A DNA stretch of 64,000 nucleotides from an uncultured Nitrospiraceae bacterium. Its GTDB lineage: Bacteria > Nitrospirota > Thermodesulfovibrionia > Thermodesulfovibrionales > SM23-35. Within the stretch, counting starts at the first letter, position 1; each line of letters starts with the position of its first letter. Below the pieces are notes generated by a model, which saw only the letters and a program-made list of their open reading frames with translations, was not told the origin of the DNA and searched no databases. The position numbers and the translations under genes are program-made. This document shows positions 40,020 through 50,170 of the stretch, piece by piece. The DNA lies in assembly GCA_963725545.1 (NCBI GenBank), contig CAVRZG010000014.1:733-64732 (forward strand), written 5' to 3'.

Positions 40020-40759
40020 CAGAATGTCTCCCGGAAATATGTATCAGCTATCCTATACGTATCAGGAACTCCTATATCCATGAACTTCCCTCGGGTGATG
40101 TAACCGTATATCCCCTTCTTCAGAAAGACGGGCAATAATTCTTTCTCAAGTGAAATAACCCTGTTTTCCTCAATACAATAAAGCAATTCTCTATTAAACA
40201 GATACATACCCGCGTTGACATATCCAGCCGCCTGGCAGGGAGTCTTCTCTTTGAAGGAGACGATTCGTTGCTCGTCATTGATTCTCACTCTGCCGTACCT
40301 GCCGGTGTTCTCAACTTCTGTCAGCACGATGGTTATGGCCGCATGTTTTTTCCTGTGAGTTTCGATTAAGTCAACGATATCGACATCCGTATAGGAATCT
40401 CCATTGAGGATGAGAACATCTTCTGTTTTTGTATAAGGCAGCGCCTTTCTTATGGCGCCTCCTGTACCTAACAGTTCTTTTTCCTCAGAGAAAAGAATTT
40501 CAAAATCATATTCATGACGATTTGTATATTCTTTAATTACCTTGTCTGCGAGATATCCCACCGCGACAACCACTCTTTGCACGCAGCCGCATTTATTCAG
40601 AGAGGACAAGATTATATCGAGAAATGGCCTGTTGTTGACCGGAGCAAGCACTTTCGGAAGATCACTGATGATCTCTCTCAATCTGGCGCCGAGACCACCG
40701 GCCAAGATTATGGCATCTAATTTTTCCATATCCACCATATTGACATCACGTCCGGACAT
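40019..40759 (-). CDS. sugar-1-phosphate nucleotidyltransferase (HddC/ManC-like)
   Basis: AIILAGGLGARLREI...LPKVLAPV N-terminal signature. The real start is probably one of the internal Met (MVDMEKLD). Confidence 0.82.
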   Translation of the reverse strand: MSGRDVNMVDMEKLDAIILAGGLGARLREIISDLPKVLAPVNNRPFLDIILSSLNKCGCVQRVVVAVGYLADKVIKEYTNRHEYDFEILFSEEKELLGTGGAIRKALPYTKTEDVLILNGDSYTDVDIVDLIETHRKKHAAITIVLTEVENTGRYGRVRINDEQRIVSFKEKTPCQAAGYVNAGMYLFNRELLYCIEENRVISLEKELLPVFLKKGIYGYITRGKFMDIGVPDTYRIADTYFRETF

Positions 40760-40769
40760 TCGACGGAAA

Positions 40770-41534
40770 TCACTTCATCCAATCTGCCAAATTCTTTCCG
40801 AGTGACATATTCTCCTGATCGAGGAACTTGTTTTGAAAGATGGCGTCGTCCCCGAAGATAGCATATCTCCCTTTGCCGAGAGTGCCTGCGATTACAACTC
40901 CGAATGACTGCCGGGCATCGGTTTCATTGAATTTCCCGTCTCTGTTCAGGTCTATCCATGCCTTCGGCCCTGTTCGGGCGATTATCCGTGCGGTAGTGCT
41001 CTCTGTCATGAGAGCCCAGGCTCCGTGGACCCCGATTTTCTTCAGCCCTTTTGTAATTGCATGTTTTTCCATGTTTGTTACGAAGAATTCTTTTGGAGCA
41101 TTGTTAATAGTATTTTCCTGCTCCTCGATAACACCGTTTGATGCATATACCTTCAGTCTGCTCATTAATCCTATCAGCGGTTGAGGGATATGCAGCATAA
41201 CACAGAGGGTTCCCCCTCGCTCTAAAAATCGGATGACTGCATTTGTTTCTTCAGGAGAAAAAGGCTGAAACGCCCCGGAGATAATCAGCACATTCGCTGC
41301 CTTCAGCGCGGCGTCAGTTATCTGTCCGGCATTCACTTTCACATCATACCCTTTTCCCTTGAGTAATTTTGAGAGGCCGGAAAGCTGGAGCTCGCCATCT
41401 TTTTCGATGACAAATTTCTGGCCATGCCCCTGGTCAAAAACTACTGTCCGTTTTTTCGCTTCCGCCTGAGCAACAGTCAAAGACAATAAAAATGCACCTA
41501 TACAGAGAAACAATATGAAACGGTTCTGCTTCAT
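40770..41534 (-). CDS. secreted DUF4350-like protein
   Basis: Start set at ATG 41534 (MKQNRFILFLCIGAFLLSLTVAQA signal peptide, GGAAAGGAG SD). The upstream part of the track ORF merely reads through repeat A. Confidence 0.55.
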   Translation of the reverse strand: MKQNRFILFLCIGAFLLSLTVAQAEAKKRTVVFDQGHGQKFVIEKDGELQLSGLSKLLKGKGYDVKVNAGQITDAALKAANVLIISGAFQPFSPEETNAVIRFLERGGTLCVMLHIPQPLIGLMSRLKVYASNGVIEEQENTINNAPKEFFVTNMEKHAITKGLKKIGVHGAWALMTESTTARIIARTGPKAWIDLNRDGKFNETDARQSFGVVIAGTLGKGRYAIFGDDAIFQNKFLDQENMSLGKNLADWMK

Positions 41535-41580
41535 GACTTCTCCTTTCCAGTTATTAATACGTTCATAAGTAAAATCACAT

Positions 41581-41669
41581 TTAAACACCCTCCCTTTATC
41601 CCCTCCCCTCAAGGGAGGGACGATTCTTAAGTCCCCTCCCTTGAGGGGAGAGGGCAAGGGTGAGGGTGT
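41581..41669. repeat. repeat family A core, copy 2
   Basis: TTAAACACCCTCC...CCCTCCCCTCAAGGGAGGGACG...CCCTTGAGGGGAGAGGGCAAGGGTGAGGGTG, same orientation as 14254-14340 but lacking the 14-bp TIRs. Confidence 0.85.
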
Positions 41670-41735
41670 GTGGCTTTTCTAATGAATCCTTAATATGCAA
41701 TAGATTGCCGCCCCTTCATTTTAACAGATAGTTCC

Positions 41736-43040
41736 CTATTTCCCCAGCAGAATAGAGCCCTCCGTGAAGAATGTGCCTGCCACTGCCGCGGTCATAAGGC
41801 AGGCCAGAGTTGCCGCAATGAGGGCCCTGAATCCAACGGCTGACAGGTCTTTTGTCCTGTTCGGGACAAGGGCTGCTGTGCCGCCCACAAATATCGCAAG
41901 TGAGGCCACATGTGCAAAACCGCAGAGCGCATAGGCTGCTATGACAGCTGACCTGGGGTCTTTCAGCGTGCCTGCTGCAAGGAGAGACGATAGGTCCTGA
42001 TATGATTTCACCTCTGTAAGCACGGCTCGTTCACCGATGAGTTTTGCTATCTCTGCAGCGTCAGAAGGCGGCACGCCTATGACAAGTGTCAGGGGATAGA
42101 AGAGATATCCCAGAATGCCTTTTAAAGACCAGTCCATATGCAATCCTGTCAGGTCATTTATCCTCAACCCGATGCCGGACAGTATCAAATCCATCAGTGC
42201 AACGAGGCCCAGAAATGCAAGGAGTAAGGCCATGATGCCGATCACCATCTTAGCGCCTTCGTTTGCGCCGTTTATGACAGCCTCCATCAGTGAAGACTCT
42301 TTTTCATAATGTGGCTTTATGTCCATCCCGAGGGTATCGGGCTTTTCTGTCTCAGGCATTATAATCTTTGACATGACTATGGCTGCAACAGCGGAGAGGA
42401 AAGACGCAGACACAAGATGTCCCGCAATCGTAGGGAATTGTTTCTGGAGAAGGAATACATATAGGGCAAGCACGCTTGACGCTGTTGTCGACATCCCTGC
42501 CGCAAGGATAGTGCAGAACTCGGATCGAGTCATAGAGCTCAGGTATGGGAGCACGGTCATATTCGCCTCAACTCCCACAAAGATGTTACTCGAAACACTC
42601 AGGGATTCCGCCCCGCTTATTCTCATGAGGCCCGCAAATATCCTGGAGAAGAATTTTATGAGCCTGGGCATTACACCGGCATAATAGAGCGCCGCCATGA
42701 GGCTGGCAAAAAAAATGATGGTGGGCAGCGCTTGAAAAGCAAGGAAGAAGCCCAGGGATTCTTCACCGGATTCACTCACTGCCCCGGGCGGGAGTGCGAG
42801 CCTGCCAAAGAGAAATCTGGTCCCGGCCGTTGCGCTGTCAAGGACTTTCACTACTGCATCATTGACAACGAGGAAAATTTGGGAGCCGACCGGCACGACA
42901 AAAATAAAAACAGCGAACAGAAGCTGCAGCGCAGTCCCCGAGATGATGACCCGCCAGTTGATGACCCTTCTGTCCGAGGAAAACACCCAGGCAATGAACA
43001 TAAGGACAAACATTCCGCAGAAGCTTATTATGTTATACAT
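41736..43040 (-). CDS. nupC: NupC/CNT-family nucleoside transporter
   Basis: 434 aa polytopic membrane protein with the NupC-type architecture and a conserved GERAVLTE-like segment. Confidence 0.8.
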   Translation of the reverse strand: MYNIISFCGMFVLMFIAWVFSSDRRVINWRVIISGTALQLLFAVFIFVVPVGSQIFLVVNDAVVKVLDSATAGTRFLFGRLALPPGAVSESGEESLGFFLAFQALPTIIFFASLMAALYYAGVMPRLIKFFSRIFAGLMRISGAESLSVSSNIFVGVEANMTVLPYLSSMTRSEFCTILAAGMSTTASSVLALYVFLLQKQFPTIAGHLVSASFLSAVAAIVMSKIIMPETEKPDTLGMDIKPHYEKESSLMEAVINGANEGAKMVIGIMALLLAFLGLVALMDLILSGIGLRINDLTGLHMDWSLKGILGYLFYPLTLVIGVPPSDAAEIAKLIGERAVLTEVKSYQDLSSLLAAGTLKDPRSAVIAAYALCGFAHVASLAIFVGGTAALVPNRTKDLSAVGFRALIAATLACLMTAAVAGTFFTEGSILLGK

Positions 43041-43146
43041 ATAGTTCGGGTTATATTATATCCCAGTTGCCGCAATTTCCCAATGAATCCGGAAAAATCC
43101 GGGTTATGATATCCTATTAATAGATAACATCGGGCAGGAATAATTT

Positions 43147-43698
43147 ATGGTAAAAAAAGCAGTCGTAGATATCGACAACACCCTGTGGCACTTTTGTGAT
43201 GTGCTTTATGACGGACTGAAAAGGATCAATCCCTCCTTTCCTCCTCCGGAGCATTGGGTCCACTGGGACTTCTGGATGAATTACTGTTCTGAAGAGGAAT
43301 TCATGGGCGTCATTCACAGTATTCACTTGAATCAGGACGATGACTTGCACAAGCCCTATGCACAAGCAGGGTCCTTTCTTTCAGGTCTGAAGGAGCATGA
43401 TTTTCATATTGTCATTGCGAGCCACCGGACAACTGAAAGCTTTGCCCAGACAAAGAGATGGCTCCTGAAGCATGACCTCGTTTTTGATGAGATATATCTC
43501 TCTTTTGACAAGACAGTTCTCTTCGATGAAAACTGCCGCATTGTAATTGATGATTCACCCTCTGTTCTGGAAAAGGCAGCTGAAAAAAGCATTCTTGCTT
43601 CGGGACTAAGTTTTCCTTGGAACAGAAGCCGCACAACCGGTTGTAAGCTTTTTAATAGTCTCGGAGAGGTGTTGCAGCATATTCTTGAACAGTCTTAG
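43147..43698 (+). CDS. HAD-superfamily hydrolase (5'(3')-deoxyribonucleotidase-like)
   Basis: DIDNTLW (DxDxT motif I). Divergent from nupC, consistent with nucleoside salvage. Confidence 0.6.
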   Translation: MVKKAVVDIDNTLWHFCDVLYDGLKRINPSFPPPEHWVHWDFWMNYCSEEEFMGVIHSIHLNQDDDLHKPYAQAGSFLSGLKEHDFHIVIASHRTTESFAQTKRWLLKHDLVFDEIYLSFDKTVLFDENCRIVIDDSPSVLEKAAEKSILASGLSFPWNRSRTTGCKLFNSLGEVLQHILEQS

Positions 43699-43723
43699 TT
43701 CCGGAAAGCTCTCCTTTATCCCG

Positions 43724-44693
43724 TTATCCCGCATACACTTCGTCGAGTATTTCTTTCGCACCCCGGCCTAACAGATCTTCTGCCAGAGCAATTCCGATCT
43801 TTTCGTAATCTTCAGGCTTGCCTTCCATCCGACCCTTGACAATCCTGTCACCGGAAACGCTCCCTACAAGGCCATGGAGTGTGATGGTCAGCGGACCACC
43901 CGCGGTCTCTTTTCTCCCGACCATTGCATGAGCTGCGATAGGGACCTGGCACCCGCCTTCGAGTCTTCTCAGAAGCGCCCTTTCAGTTCTCACGCATGTT
44001 GCCGTGTCAGCATGATTCAACGGCGCAATGGCTTTATTGATGAATTCGTCGTCAATCCTGCATTCTATGCCGACTGCCCCTTGTCCGATTGCAGGCAGGC
44101 TTATCTCAAAAGGCAGAATCTGCGTTATCCTCCCGGCAAGGCCGAGCCGTTTGACCCCGGCGGCAGCCAGAATAATCGCGTCGAAAAGTCCTTCGTCGAG
44201 TTTTCTTAACCTTGTATCAAGGTTGCCCCGCAACTGTTCGATCCTCAGATCCGGCCTCAGGCTAAGAAGCTGGGACGCCCTTCTGAGGCTGCTTGTGCCT
44301 ATCTTCGCTCCTTTTGGAATAGATTGAAAATCCTTTATTCTGAACCCTGCATCGTCTATCGATGAAATCAATGCGTCCCTCGGATCTTCCCGTCTCACAT
44401 ATTACGGCAAGGTGCAGGCCCTCAGGAAATTCCGTAGGCACATCTTTCATACTGTGCACTGCGATATCAGCTTTATTCTGCAAAAGCGCCTCTTCTATCT
44501 CTTTGACGAAAAGGCCCTTCCCTCCGACTTGCGCAAGAGGGACGTCCAGAATCATGTCACCTGTGGTCTTTATCTTGTTCAGTTCTATCTCAACATCCGG
44601 ATGATGCCTCTCTAATTCCGCACGGACAAACTCGGCCTGCCAGAGTGCAAGTTTGCTTCCTCGCGTTCCAATGATTATCTTTTTCTTTTTCAT
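43724..44693 (-). CDS. hemC: hydroxymethylbilane synthase, one frame break about 44385-44395
   Basis: Track ORFs 44262..44693 ([13 protein letters not shown]) and 43724..44398 ([10 protein letters not shown]...GTSSLRR...GNLDTRL). Confidence 0.9.
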
Positions 44694-45959
44694 TCCTTCT
44701 TTCCGTCGATGCCGTAGAGTTTTCTGATAGTAGCCACCAGGATATCTTTGTCTTCCGAATCCTCCTTCAACGCTGCGGTCGGAGGGTGGATCAGTTTATT
44801 CATAAGCGCTGTTGCCATATACTTGATGGCCTCTGTCTCTTTTTCTCCCAATCCCGGCATTTTGTGGAAGAGCTTATCAAGCTCCTCCTTCTTTATCTCC
44901 TCTGCCTTTTCCCTGATCGAGATAATCGTGGGAACAGAATCAAGGGTGGACTGCCATTTCAGAAAGGTCTCCATCTCTTCATCTATGATAGTCTCCGCCT
45001 TTTCCGCTTCCTTCTTCCTTTCAAATATATTCGTATCAACAACCCCCTGCAGGTCATCCACGTTGTAAAGATATACATTTTCGAGGTCGTTTACTTCAGG
45101 GTCTATGTTTCTGGGCACAGAGATGTCGATGATGAACACCTGTCTCTGTTTTCTCTCCTTCATGACCTTTTGCATCTGGGCCTTTGAGACAATGTATGAG
45201 GGAGCACCGGTTGAACAGATGACAATATCGGCATGGAACATTTCATTTATGAACTCTTCAAACCTGACAGGCTTTCCGTTGAATTCCTGGGCAAGGTCGC
45301 ATGCCCGGTTGTAAGTCCTGTTGGAGACGAGGACTTCGTTCACGCCACTGCCGATCAGGTGCTTTGCAGCAAGCTCCGCCATTTCTCCGGCGCCGAGTAG
45401 CATGAATACCCGTGTCGAAAGGTCGGTAAATATCTTCTTTGCGAGTTCAACTGCCGCAAAGCTTATTGATACGGCATTTTCAGCTATGCGCGTTTCAGTC
45501 CTCACCCTCTTGGCAACGGAGATCGCTTTCTTCATCAGCTTGTTCAGGAGGATGCCGGTAGTTTTTTTATTGAGGGCAAGTTCGAAGGCCGCCTTGAGCT
45601 GCCCGAGTATCTGAGGTTCTCCGACAACCATGGAATCAAGACTGGAGGCTACCCTGAAGATGTGCCTTGCCGCATCTACGCTGTCATAAATATAAAGGCC
45701 TGAATCAAGGGAGCTTCTGTTTATTCCATGAAATTCAGAGAGAAATGATTTGATATTTTCAGACGCCTTCCGACTGTCCTTGACGTTTGCATAGAGTTCC
45801 ACCCTGTTGCATGTCGGACAGGATAACGGCTTCCAGGACTTCAGGGACATCTCTGAATTTTATCAGCCCCTCTTCCAGCTTTGGGCCGTTAAAGGCCAGC
45901 TTTTCCCTGACATCAACGTCGGCAATCTTATGATTGAGACCTACGACAAGAACGTTCAT
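44690..45959 (-). CDS. hemA: glutamyl-tRNA reductase, one frame break about 45814-45818
   Basis: Track ORFs 45759..45959 ([11 protein letters not shown]) and 44690..45850 ([21 protein letters not shown] motif). ATGA overlap with hemC. Confidence 0.9.
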
Positions 45960-46773
45960 CTGAAGACGTGATACCCTATCCGGAACATTTTAATGCCGAA
46001 GAAGGCGGCAAGGATTATGAGAAAGGCCAATATGGACAATAAGGCTGCCCTCCTTCCTCTCCACCCGGCAACAAGACGCGCATGCAGAATGATCGCATAG
46101 ATCAGCCATGTGACCAACGACACTGTCTCACGCGGGTCCCAGTTCCAGTAATTTCCCAGAGCACTTTGTGCCCATAAGGCCCCTGTTATAATCGCCAGTG
46201 TCAGCAGGGGAAATCCCCATGTTATCAGCCTGTAATTAATATCATCAAGGGTCTGAAGACTCGGCAGCCTCTCGAACAACCCGCCAAGATGCTTGGACTT
46301 CACATGATGCTCTTGAACAAGATACATCAGACCTATGCCGAAGGCTAGGGCAAAGGCTGCATTACTCAGAAAGGCAAGGACCGTATGCACCCCCAGCCAA
46401 TGACTTTGAAGAATAGGACTCAAGGGCTTTATCTCCCTCGGAAGCATCGAAGACAGGAGCATAAGGGCGAATGCCACGGGCATAATGAAAGACGAAAGGA
46501 GGTTTACTCTTTATACCTGAACTGCAGAAGGAAAAAGATGAGCACAATGCACCAGGCGAAGAAAGACGTTGCCTCGTGCGTATTTGTAATAGGTATGTGT
46601 CCGGCAGCTACATAACGATAAATAATGCTAACGGTATGGATGAGGAATCCAACGCCCGCCAGAAGAAGTGTGATCCTCGAAGTCACCTTTGATTCCTTGA
46701 AAAGTTCTGTAACGCTGACTATCGTGGCGGCAAAATAGAAGGTAAGGGCAAGTTCGAATGGAAGTACGCCCAT
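45956..46773 (-). CDS. CcsA/HemX-like cytochrome c assembly membrane protein, one frame break about 46485-46505
   Basis: Track ORFs 46504..46782 and 45956..46483. Trp-rich WNWDPRE heme-handling motif. Precedes hemA as HemX does in hemAXCDBL-type operons. Confidence 0.8.
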
Positions 46774-46944
46774 CAGAAACAACCCAGCTCGCAGCCTGTT
46801 ATCTTGACCTTCAGCTCATCGGCAGTCTTTCCGATTTCTTTGTAAGGGACAGACAACTCCTCTGCGATTCTTCTCGCTGCGGCACATGGGAAGTCTGTTG
46901 TTCACTGCTTTTTTCTTTATTTCTTCAACAATTTTGGCGTTCAT
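46773..46944 (-). CDS. unannotated small ORF (about 56 aa) translationally coupled to the ccsA-like gene, one frame break about 46890-46903
   Basis: ATG 46944: MNAKIVEEIKKKAVNNR, then the next frame reads FPCAAARRIAEELSVPYKEIGKTADELKVKITGCELGCF. The stop overlaps the next ATG (TGATG). The span is 172 nt, i.e. 57 codons plus one extra base. Confidence 0.45.
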
Positions 46945-47003
46945 CTCTTATAGAAAAATATTACAACATCGGAATCAAAAACACAATGAAACAGCAGAAG
47001 TGT

Positions 47004-48360
47004 TCAGTTTGAGCAGCCAGGATCTCTTTTTTTTGTATGGAGACACCCTTTGTCCGGCATGCAGACGTCATCAGTGCATTCGTCGCCGTCGCTGCAGTCT
47101 ATCGGCCGGCCACTGCAAAGACCGAGATGACAGGTGTCATTTGAAGTGCACCGGTTAGAGTCGTCACAGGGGACGTCGCTGATCGGCGAATGCACACACC
47201 CCGTTTCAGCGTTACAGGAATCCACGGTACAAGGGTCATTATCATTGCAGTTTATCGGCTGTCCCGTGCAGATGCCTCTGTTGCAGGAATCCACGATTGT
47301 GCAGGCATTATGATCGTCACACGGCGTTCCATTAAGAGGTTGATGGGTACAGCCCGATGTCGGATCACACCCGTCCTGAGTGCACTGGTTATGGTCGTCA
47401 CAGTCTATCGGAGTCCCGGCACAGGTTTCTTGAATACAGGTGTCATTCGCAGTGCATTCGTTTCCGTCATTGCATGGGGATCCGTTAAGCACCTGGTGAA
47501 TGCATCCCGCTATTGCATCACACTTGTCTCCGGTGCACTGGTTCTTGTCATTGCAATCCACGGGCGTGCCCGTGCAGGCCCCGTTTTTGCAGACATCCTG
47601 TGCTGTGCAGGCAGTCCCATCGTCGCAGATTATACCGTCCAGAGGCTTATGGAGGCATCCTGTCTGCATATCACACTCATCCTTTGTACAGTGGTTCCAG
47701 TCATTGCAATCCAGTGCCTTGCCGGTGCAGAAACCATTGTCGCATGTGTCATTAATGGTGCAGGCATTCCCGTCGTTGCATATCGCCCCGGTCAGAGGCT
47801 GATGTGTGCAACCGACTATCGGGACACATTCGTCCTCGGTGCACTGGTTCCAGTCATTGCAGTCTACCGGCTTACCCGCACACATGCCATTATCGCAGGA
47901 GTCATTTACAGTGCAGATGTCATCATCATCACAGGGGAACCCGTCCATCTTTCCCAGACACGGGTTGAGCACCGGGCAGGTTATCTTCACCACTCCGAGG
48001 TCCGTCGTCATTTTCTGCTTCACAATTACTTTTGTTATCTGACCGTCACCTGTGTCCCAGGATATCTTAAGGGTGTATGTGCCTTCCGGCACGAACCGCA
48101 TAATGAAACTCCCGGCGCTGTCGGTCACAGCTGTAAAGGAATCTCCCGGCGTGTATACCCATGCGTCGGCAATCACACTGCCGGTATCGCATTGAAGGGT
48201 CCCTTTGATCTCCCCAGCTTTCAATATGTCCCTGGTTTTCGAATACTTCGCCTCTCCTGCGGAAGCAGCAGAACAAGCAGAGATCACCAAGATCATGCAG
48301 ATCAAAATTGATATGCTCTGAAACCCCTCGGGTCTTCTCTTCAGCTCTTTGTAATTTCAT
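47004..48360 (-). CDS. cysteine-rich tandem-repeat lipoprotein with N-terminal carboxypeptidase-regulatory-like beta-sandwich, frame break in a C4/G4 run at 48324-48327
   Basis: Restored N-terminus MKLQRAEEKTRGFQSISILICMILVISAC (lipobox ISAC). SAGSFIMRFVPEGTYTLKIS domain. Six repeats of about 51 aa, each with 8 Cys (C-D-D-x-N-x-C-T-x-x-D-x-C...DCND-x-N-x-CT-x-D-x-C...GC-x-H). Confidence 0.8.
47007..47936. repeat. six tandem coding repeats of about 153 nt
   Basis: Periodicity visible in the protein (units starting PCDDDDICT, CNDGNACT, CDDGTACT, CNDGNECT, CDDHNACT, CDDSNRCT) and in the long open antisense frames. Confidence 0.8.
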
Positions 48361-48599
48361 GACGATTCCGCGCATACGTTCCAAGATGCAAAAATTCTAT
48401 CATATGCGGGTGGGAAAAAACAAAACTGAATGACCTCCGAAGAAACAACCTTCCAGCGGTTCGCGGGAATCAAACACGAGGACATGTCTGAAAGAAAAAA
48501 TCAGTTGTCGTCACTATCGCAAAACATTCTTTTTCCGCAAAATGTCCGGCGTCCAAAGAAAATGTAGAACAACATCCCATTTATGTATATAATAAATCT

Positions 48600-49397
48600 A
48601 TGTTTTTACTGAAAGTGTCAGAGTCCCTGGGCAGCCACTTCCTGTATTATGTGAACCAGGCTGGAAGGATGGGCATTTTTCTTCTTCGCGTTATCTACAA
48701 TATCCTGAAACTGCCGTATTATAAAGTTTCACATATTACCAAGCAGATTTATATAATAGGCACACTGTCAATATTTGTTATCTTCTTCACCGGGGCCTTT
48801 ACAGGCATGGTTCTCGCCCTCCAGGGGTACAACACCCTGCGCAAATTCGGGTCTGAGGGACTATTGGGCTCGGCAGTGGCCCTGAGTCTCATAAGAGAAC
48901 TGGGGCCTGTTCTGACAGCCCTCATGGTCACGGGCAGGGCAGGTTCCGCAATCTGCGCAGAGATCGGCATAATGAGGAACTCAGAACAGATCGATGCGCT
49001 TGAATGCATGGCTATCGACCCGCACAAGTATATCCTGGCGCCAAAATTTATTGCCACGATCATATCGATGCCGTTGTTAACGGCAATTTTTGATGTCGTC
49101 GGCATCTTTGGAGGTTATGTTATCGGCGTCGGCCTGATGGGGCTGAATGAAGGGGCTTATTTTTCAGGTATGTATAAGGATGTCGAATTTGACGATATTT
49201 ATATGGGGATCATTAAATCTCTTTGTTTTGGTCTTATAGTTGTATGGGTATGTTCCTCCAAAGGCTATTTTGTCCATATGGAAAGAAAGGGCGGTTTCGG
49301 CGCCGAGGGAGTAAGCAGGGTCACAACAAGTGCTGTAGTGCTGTCCTCAGTCGCAATCCTTCTTGTTGATTATTTTATTACTTCTCTGCTTTTATGA
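48600..49397 (+). CDS. mlaE: Mla-type ABC transporter permease
   Basis: 265 aa, MlaE/Ttg2B-like polytopic protein (LIRELGPVLTALMVTGRAGSA motif). TGTATATAAT extended -10 at 48583-48592. Confidence 0.85.
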   Translation: MFLLKVSESLGSHFLYYVNQAGRMGIFLLRVIYNILKLPYYKVSHITKQIYIIGTLSIFVIFFTGAFTGMVLALQGYNTLRKFGSEGLLGSAVALSLIRELGPVLTALMVTGRAGSAICAEIGIMRNSEQIDALECMAIDPHKYILAPKFIATIISMPLLTAIFDVVGIFGGYVIGVGLMGLNEGAYFSGMYKDVEFDDIYMGIIKSLCFGLIVVWVCSSKGYFVHMERKGGFGAEGVSRVTTSAVVLSSVAILLVDYFITSLLL

Positions 49398-50167
49398 ACA
49401 ACGAACCGATAATACAATTGATCGACGTCCATAAAACCTTTGGGACACAACATGTCCTGAAAGGCATTAATCTTTCGATTTATCAGGGGAAAACAACCGT
49501 CATCGTCGGCGAGAGCGGCCAGGGTAAAAGTTCAGTCATAAAGCATATCCTCGGTCTGGTAAAACCTGACTCCGGAAAGGTTATGGTATACGGCAAGGAC
49601 ATAAACCAAATAAACAAGAAAGAACTGAAGGAGATAAGGACGAATTTCGGCGTCCTCTTCCAGAATGCAGCGCTCTTTGACTCCATGACAGTCTTTGAGA
49701 ATGTTGCCCTTCCCCTGAGAGAAAGAACCAAGAAAAAAGATGAAGAGATCAGCGCCATTGTAAATGAAAAACTGAAGATGATGGACCTGGAGGGAAGCAA
49801 TGATAAATATCCTGCTCAACTGAGCGGCGGCATGCGGAAACGGGTCGGCCTTGCAAGGGCGTTGGTACTGAATCCCAAGATAGTATTCTTCGATGAGCCG
49901 ACAACGGGACTCGATGTGGCAAAGAGCAATGATATGTACCGGGTCTTTTTCAGGACCCAGTCAGCTCTCGGATATACCGCTGTAATCGTAAGCCATGATG
50001 TACCGAAGATTTTTAAACTGGCAGACTTTGTTACCCTGATGTATCAGGGGGTGCTTGAGGAATCTCTGCCTCCGGAGGATTTTCAGACCTCTGAGAACCC
50101 TGTCATCCGGGATTTCGTTGAAAAGACCATGGGACGCATTTATGATAGTGAAAAAGTGGAGGGATAG
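49394..50167 (+). CDS. mlaF: Mla-type ABC transporter ATP-binding protein
   Basis: GESGQGKSS Walker A, LSGGMRKRVGLARAL, FFDEPTTGLD. 4-nt overlap with mlaE. Confidence 0.88.
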   Translation: MNNEPIIQLIDVHKTFGTQHVLKGINLSIYQGKTTVIVGESGQGKSSVIKHILGLVKPDSGKVMVYGKDINQINKKELKEIRTNFGVLFQNAALFDSMTVFENVALPLRERTKKKDEEISAIVNEKLKMMDLEGSNDKYPAQLSGGMRKRVGLARALVLNPKIVFFDEPTTGLDVAKSNDMYRVFFRTQSALGYTAVIVSHDVPKIFKLADFVTLMYQGVLEESLPPEDFQTSENPVIRDFVEKTMGRIYDSEKVEG

Positions 50168-50170
50168 TAA

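Noticed and set aside
41535-41657. N-terminal extension of track ORF 40770..41657 (MPSPLKGGDLRIVPPLRGGDKG...)
   Set aside because: This part is a translation of repeat family A. A proper SD plus signal peptide start is at ATG 41534.
47007-47936. Regular about 153-nt periodicity checked as a possible CRISPR-like or satellite array
   Set aside because: The period is in frame and encodes the Cys-rich protein repeats. There are no unique spacers and no cas genes.
47190-48311. 373-aa plus-strand ORF, and nested ORFs 47500..47802, 47513..47755, 47806..48042
   Set aside because: They lie antisense to the Cys-rich repeat lipoprotein. The tandem, stop-poor repeats keep the opposite frames open, and there is no start context or motif.
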